Made by a program: the position numbers and the translations under genes. A stretch of 64,000 nt of DNA from Felis catus (lineage: Eukaryota): positions 11,472,001 through 11,536,000 of the forward strand of contig NC_058383.1 of assembly GCF_018350175.1 (NCBI RefSeq), read 5' to 3'. Shown here piece after piece: positions 58,567 to 64,000 of the stretch. Below the pieces are notes generated by a model. That model searched no databases and had not been told where the DNA came from. It saw only the letters and a list, made by a program, of their open reading frames with translations. The stretch's first letter is position 1; each line of letters starts with the position of its first letter.

Positions 58567-59074
58567 CAAGGGGCAAAATGTAACAGTGAGGTGGCCCATT
58601 GCTTCCCGGTGGGTCCACCTCGGCCAGTCTCCCTCTTGCCTCCGTGCCAATCGCGAGTGCCTTCCCCACTGCTACCCTGCGCTGAGTCTGCCCACAAGAG
58701 CTGGACCGCTGCCTGGGCAGGAGAGTTTCTGTGGGCGGTGGGTCTGTGTGCAGCCAAGACCACTCTTCAAGGGCAGTCTGGATCCCCCTGTCCTCCCTCT
58801 GGGACCTCTGCTTAAGGAGGTCCCTCCTCCACCTCCACCTGATCCCGGATACTCCCGCCCCCTCCCACCCCCAGCTCCTCGCCTCCGGCAGCCGCGAGAC
58901 TGGCCCTGAAAATCAGTCTTCTTTCTCTGGTACCTTGAATCTATGTTCTCACTTTGCGGTGGGCGGTGGAGGGGGCCCCTGGGGGGCAAAGTGAGAGAAG
59001 GGAGGCAAGGATATTCACAGGGAACAAAAGCATTCACAATTTTGGATATAACCCTGCCACGTGGGTTTCCATAA

Positions 59075-59880
59075 CCTCTTATATGGCAGAATATAACGCA
59101 GGGATGGGGCGCCTGGGTGAGTCAGTCGGTGAAGCACCTGACTTCGGCTCAGGTCATGATCTCACGGTTTGTGGGTTCGAGCCCCGCGTCGGGCTCTTGT
59201 GCTGACGGCTCGGGAGCCTGGAGCCCGCTTCCGATTCTGTGTCCCCGTGTTTCTCTGCCCCTCCCCTGCTCACGCTGTCTCTCTCTGTCTCTTAAAAATA
59301 AGCATTAAAAATTTTTTAAAAAAAGAAATGTAACACAGGGACAACACAACGCACAGAGATGTGCAACTTAAAGCCTCCTCACAAGGCAGACACCCGGGCA
59401 ACCAGAACGTTCCCACCCTCCCCCCTCACAGAACCACCACCCTGATTTTTATTAGGCATCGCTCGCTTTTGTGTGTGTTTGCAGCACCCCAACACGCCTT
59501 CCCAAGTGCGCTGGTTTGATCTTGCCCCCTTTCTCGAACTTGACCTAACGGAATTCGTGGAGTATGCATTTGACGGCAGGTCCGGCTTCTTTTGCTCGAA
59601 CTTGCCGCTGGGGTCCTTTCCTTGTAGGCTGCGCAGAGCGCCAAGGTGGGAACGCGCCGGCCTGGGGTTACCGCCCGGCTGCGGGGGGGACGTGACGTTC
59701 GGGCTCTGTCCAACGTTTGGCTTTCACAAACAGTGCTGTTGCCCCCGACTTGTGGTGCACTCGGGCCTGCTTTTCTGCTGCGCGTCTCCTAAATCCACAG
59801 CACGATGCACCGTACTGCTCTATCACCTTAAGCTTGCCCTGCTGAGCTGTTGGTCTGGGGATGTGGATTTTTGCCCTGGC
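59075..59880 (-). mobile_element. Ancient L1 (L1ME-like) 3' end, strongly GC-shifted
   Basis: aaccaccaccctgatttt, ggcttcttttgctcgaac, cacaaacagtgctg anchors. Confidence 0.6.
59106..59325 (+). mobile_element. SINEC_Fc2-like
   Basis: degraded TSD aatataacgcaggga / aatgtaacacaggga. Confidence 0.95.
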
Positions 59881-60550
59881 GCTTGTACGCTGAGGTACGA
59901 AGGCTTGAGTGACGTTGTTACAGGGCATAAAAAGGCATTTTAAATCGTAACACGAGTAAATGTTAATCTGAGAGCCGTCAGACTACCCGGAGAAATTCTC
60001 GTGGAGACACAGGGTGGCGGGGTACCCAGGCCCACAGCCCCGGGGGTGGGGATGGGGAGGAGGGGCGTGTCACTGTTTCCCAGCCCACGTCCTCCAAGCA
60101 ACAGGTGCGCGCAGTCACTCTCTTCCCAGCCCACCGGCTTTGAACTTGAACAATTCTTGATGACACGGTTTTGTGCTTTTTTTTTTCTTTTCCTTTTTTT
60201 TTTTGTCGTTTCCGTTTGGTGACCTAGTATTATTTATAGTGTCGAGCATAAAGTGAGACTCTATTAATTTATAAAACATTATGTCAAGACCGAATAATTC
60301 AAAAGCACATAAAAAACAGCCTCACCGTAGTTCTGAGTGGCTACTTCCTCAGCCACACAAATAGCCAGTGAAGTCTTTAAAATTGCCGTTTGGAAAAGAC
60401 TCAGTTACACTTAGGTCCTAGGAGCATAATGGCCCCCAATCTCTTGGAGAATTTGGAGGAAAAGAAAAATGGGGGTGATTTTATTCTCTTCATTAAATAT
60501 ACACTTATTTATTGATTTTTTAAAAATATATATTTAAATATAAAAATATT

Positions 60551-60760
60551 GGGGCATCTGAGGGGCTCAGTCAGTTGAATATCTGCCTCTTGATTTCGGG
60601 TCAGGTCATGATCCCAATGTCGTGAGATCAAGCTCTGAGTTGGGCTCTGCGCTGAGTGTGGAATTTAAGATTCTCTCTCTTTCTGCCGCTTTCTCTTGCC
60701 TCCCTCGCTCGTGCTCTCTCTCTCTCTCAAAAAATATATAAAAATACAAATATAAATAAT
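60551..60760 (+). mobile_element. Carnivore SINEC (older type)
   Basis: ggggcatctgaggggctcagtcagttgaa head, CT tract, A-tail. Confidence 0.93.
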
Positions 60761-60769
60761 GAATCAAAT

Positions 60770-60955
60770 GTATCTATTACGTGTTTACATGTAAATGGAT
60801 ACAAATATAACATTGGAAGGAATATATGGAAATGTTATTGAAGTCATTTTTTGTTGGGGGGGAGAGGTGATGTTACAAATATTTCTTCATTTTGCTTTCT
60901 TTTGTTTTCCTAAATTTCTGTATTAAGTATGCTCACTTTCCAACTGGGAAAAAAG
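60770..60955 (+). mobile_element. Ancient L1 (L1ME4/L1MC-like) 3' end
   Basis: tggaaggaatatatggaaatgtta...ttttcctaaatttctgtattaagtatg. Confidence 0.55.
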
Positions 60956-61024
60956 CTTCAAAAATATGGATAGTTAAAGAAATAATTTTAATAATTAATA
61001 CTTTTTATTTATTATTTAAAAAAA

Positions 61025-61241
61025 ATTTTTTTTTCAACGTTTTTTATTTATTTTTGGGACAGAGAGAGACAGAGCATGAATGGGGGAGGGGCAGAGAGAG
61101 AGGGAGACACAGAATCGGAAACAGGCTCCAGGCTCTGAGCCATCAGCCCAGAGCCTGATGCGGGGCTCGAACTCACGGACCGCGAGATCATGACCTGAGC
61201 CGAAGTTGGATGCTTAACCGACTGAGCCACTCAGGCGCCCC
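61025..61241 (-). mobile_element. SINEC_Fc (mixed subfamily diagnostics)
   Basis: young-type body, older-type head. Confidence 0.97.
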
Positions 61242-61242
61242 T

Positions 61243-61462
61243 TAAGTTTATTTATTTTTGAGAGAGAGAGAAAGAGAGAGAGAGAGAGCAGAAGTGAGGA
61301 AGGGGCAGAGAGAGAGGCGAGGGGGAGAGAGAGAATCCCAAGCAGGCTCCATGCTGTCAGTGCAGGGTCCCATGCTCGGCTCTAGCTCGTGAACTGTGAC
61401 GTCATGACCTGAGCCAAAATCAAGAGGTGGATGCTTCACTGACTGAGCCACCCAGGCACCCC
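61243..61462 (-). mobile_element. Carnivore SINEC (older type), tandem with previous
   Basis: full antisense SINE. Confidence 0.95.
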
Positions 61463-63229
61463 TTGGCCCATGGATTCCCCCCACCCCAACTTTTTAAACA
61501 GGTCAAATTAGATCTGACATCGCTATAGTAAATATTGGACACGAAGGCCGTATAATGGCTGTTCATTTACAGAAGCAGCCTGACTCTGCTGTCATCCCGA
61601 GGACAGCCATGTTATTCCTTAGCAACACCGGTGGATGGGGCAAATGTTTATTTTTCCTTTCCGAGAAGTTTGTATCTGTCGTAGGGCCCGGACAAGTGCA
61701 TTGCTGATGTCTGAGAGTCTTACAGAACGGCCTTGGCCAGGAACAATTCAGAGCAGGCAGCAGTCACCTGTGTCACAAAAGAACACTGACTTCTGCCAAC
61801 TGTGTGGTTTTGTGTCTTCCGGTCGGGACCCGAGAAGGGCCGAGGGGCACACTGGATTCTGTGACAACCAAGTGACTTGGTTTCTTGGTCAGCGTTATTT
61901 GGGCCCATCCATTTTGCTTTGTAGAGTTCCCATTAGCTGGGCTTCAGATGCTAATTTTCTGATTGTAGTGGTTTCTGGATGGCCCTTGTGTCTACAGAGA
62001 TAATGCCATGCGCTTAACAGAGACGAGGAAGTGCATCCTTCCTTTGCTCTGCTGGGAGAGCCCGTATCCCAGTCACTAAAGCAGAGCCAGGTATTTGTAT
62101 CTGAGTCCAAAAGAGAGCCCAGCGCCAGTCCCTTTCTTCTCGAAGCTCCATTCCACACCACCGGATTCCAGGGATGCTGTGGTTCACGCAGAGCAGGGCA
62201 GTGGTAATACCAGACCTTTGTAGCATCTACACAGCCTGAGCCATCAGTGGCTCTGGTTCATGAAATAAAATGCTGGTTTCGTGAGGGATCTCTTTAGGGT
62301 GCTCAGCTCTTACAATTTGCTTAGCCAAATTGTCAAGAGGAAGAAATAGCATAGATCAAAGACCAGTAATACCACTGTTTCACCTAGGATCTGCTCCTGA
62401 TGAAGAAGTTGGGCTGAGGGCCCCCATCTTGTGATTTGTTGGGTGAATATTTCAGAGGAGGGGCCCTAGGAGACCACGCGCCATTAATTTTGTGGAGGGT
62501 GTGCTTTTCATTTATGAGGATTGGATCAACTTCAGTTGGGTCATACTGAGGGGCTGTCCTCGGACAATAAACCAGATGTTTGAGCAAGAGTGTTGCCGAG
62601 GGTTGACTGAGCACTGAATGAGTGTCCACGATGAGGTACCTAATTTGGGAGGACGACATGGATCCTGGGCAACCCTGGCAGCTGTTGTTCACCCTTGAGA
62701 GGCTCTCCTGCTTCGTGATGGGGGGCCCTCTGGAGACCCTGTTACCATGAGAAGGATTAACCTTCCTCATCCTGCCCTTGGATCCCCGCTGGAAGGAGAT
62801 GCTTTGGCCACCTGGGTCCAGACTCAATTGTCCAGGCTCGCTTTTACGTCAGGGAAAACTTGGTTGTGACAAGGATGGACCATTCTAGACTCATCAGACT
62901 CCTTCCACTGGGATCCCATCTTGGCATCCTCAGGAATTCCAACCCCATGCGGGTACAACCTGTAACTCACAAACACGTACTCCGCGTGTGCACTGTCTCA
63001 TGATCGCTCTAGGCACTAGGGGCGCAGATTGTCCATGTTTTCGCCCTCCAGGAGGGAAGAAACACCCAGACATTCCTCAAACATCTGTACCCGTCACCCC
63101 ACCCATCTGCTCAGCAGGTGTGCTCATTTGAGGTCTCAGGGAGGCAATACAGATCATCAGACACAAACATTTTCACATTGCACTCTGCAAGCTCATAGCC
63201 TCATTTCCATCTGAGCCTTTCTTGTTCTC

Positions 63230-63690
63230 TCGTCCTTTGGACAGGGTGTCCCTCTTCCAGGCCAAGATGAATATCTCCGCTCTGGATCCCCTCTCTTCCG
63301 CCAGCCTGGAGCCCTTGCTCAGGCAGAGCCTTCTCTCTTACTCTCTCCTTCTCTGCTGCCCAACCTCAGTTACGCGTGCCCAAGTCTCTCCCGTAACACA
63401 CATGAAACTCTTTCTTTGAGCCCATTTCACTTTCCTGCTCTATTTCCCATACTTCTTTCTGTTCCCTGTCAAATTGCTTGAAAGAACCGTTTGTGCTCAC
63501 GCATCCTTTCTCCTTTCTTCCTCGAAGCCTTGGCCTTCACCTCATCCCTCCAGCGAAACTGCAGTAACCAACATCACCAGTGGCTGGCCTCCTGCTAAAT
63601 CTGAGGGGCCCTTCTCGGTCTTGTCTTTCCAGAGGAGAAGCACTTGGCACTGATCGGACTACTCCCTCTTACGTGAAATAACCGTTTTTG
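63230..63690 (+). mobile_element. L2 LINE internal fragment
   Basis: ctctggatccc...cttgaaagaaccgtttgtgctcac...gaaactgc...catcaccagtg...tgctaaatc. Confidence 0.65.
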
Positions 63691-63711
63691 CAGGTTTCAG
63701 GTTCATGGCCC

Positions 63712-63932
63712 TGGTAGTGCAGTGAGGAGCTCAGGCTTTGGAGCGTGTCTGCTTGGGTCCTCATCCCGGATCCAGCCTTTATTAGCAGGGTGCTTTTGTG
63801 CAAGTTCCATAGACTCTCTGCGCCTCTGACTTAGAGGGCTGTCATGAGAATTTAATTAGTTAAAACACGTACAACACTTGGAACAATGCCTGGCACAGAG
63901 TACGTCGCTAAATAATTGTTCATGGTTATTAT
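63712..63932 (+). mobile_element. MIR SINE
   Basis: caggctttggagc...gtgcaagtt...ctctctgcgcctc...gaacaatgcctggcacagagtac. Confidence 0.75.
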
Positions 63933-64000
63933 TTCCTTTGTGTTCTTCTCTTTTACGGCTATGTCCTTAAATGTTGTCATCTGGTCCTTATATCCAGTGC

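Noticed and set aside
4749..61462. tRNA-like A/B-box sequences as tRNA genes, or dispersed repeats as a CRISPR-like array
   Set aside because: All are SINEC heads with CT tracts, tails and TSDs; spacing is irregular and the DNA is eukaryotic
62384..62827. 147-aa minus-strand ORF considered as an ERVL integrase remnant
   Set aside because: No diagnostic motifs could be matched with confidence

Overview
Mammalian nuclear DNA from a felid: it carries many copies of the young cat-lineage tRNA-derived SINEC_Fc element. I see no credible host protein-coding gene. The only recognisable protein fragments are broken LINE-1 ORF1/ORF2 pieces, and the other ORFs are SINE-, microsatellite- or chance-derived. 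The window is intergenic or deep intronic and repeat-rich. It holds about 40 carnivore SINEs, one near-full-length dead L1 (minus strand, ~42.1-50.4 kb) carrying 8 SINEs and nested in an older L1M, other L1 fragments, ancient MIR/L2, MaLR/ERVL LTRs, hAT DNA transposons and microsatellites. Several AT-rich repeat-free blocks could be enhancers. I did not find a novel biological system. The best second-look items are mechanistic footprints: a probable L1 3' transduction, local AT-to-GC-shifted old repeats (possible GC-biased gene conversion hotspots), an 11-bp inversion at an L1 5' junction, repeated reuse of identical insertion sites, a nested inverted SINE pair, and two overlapping perfect hairpins at a MER58 end. 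Repeat subfamily names come from remembered consensus sequences and need RepeatMasker/Dfam confirmation. Boundaries of old repeats are approximate.
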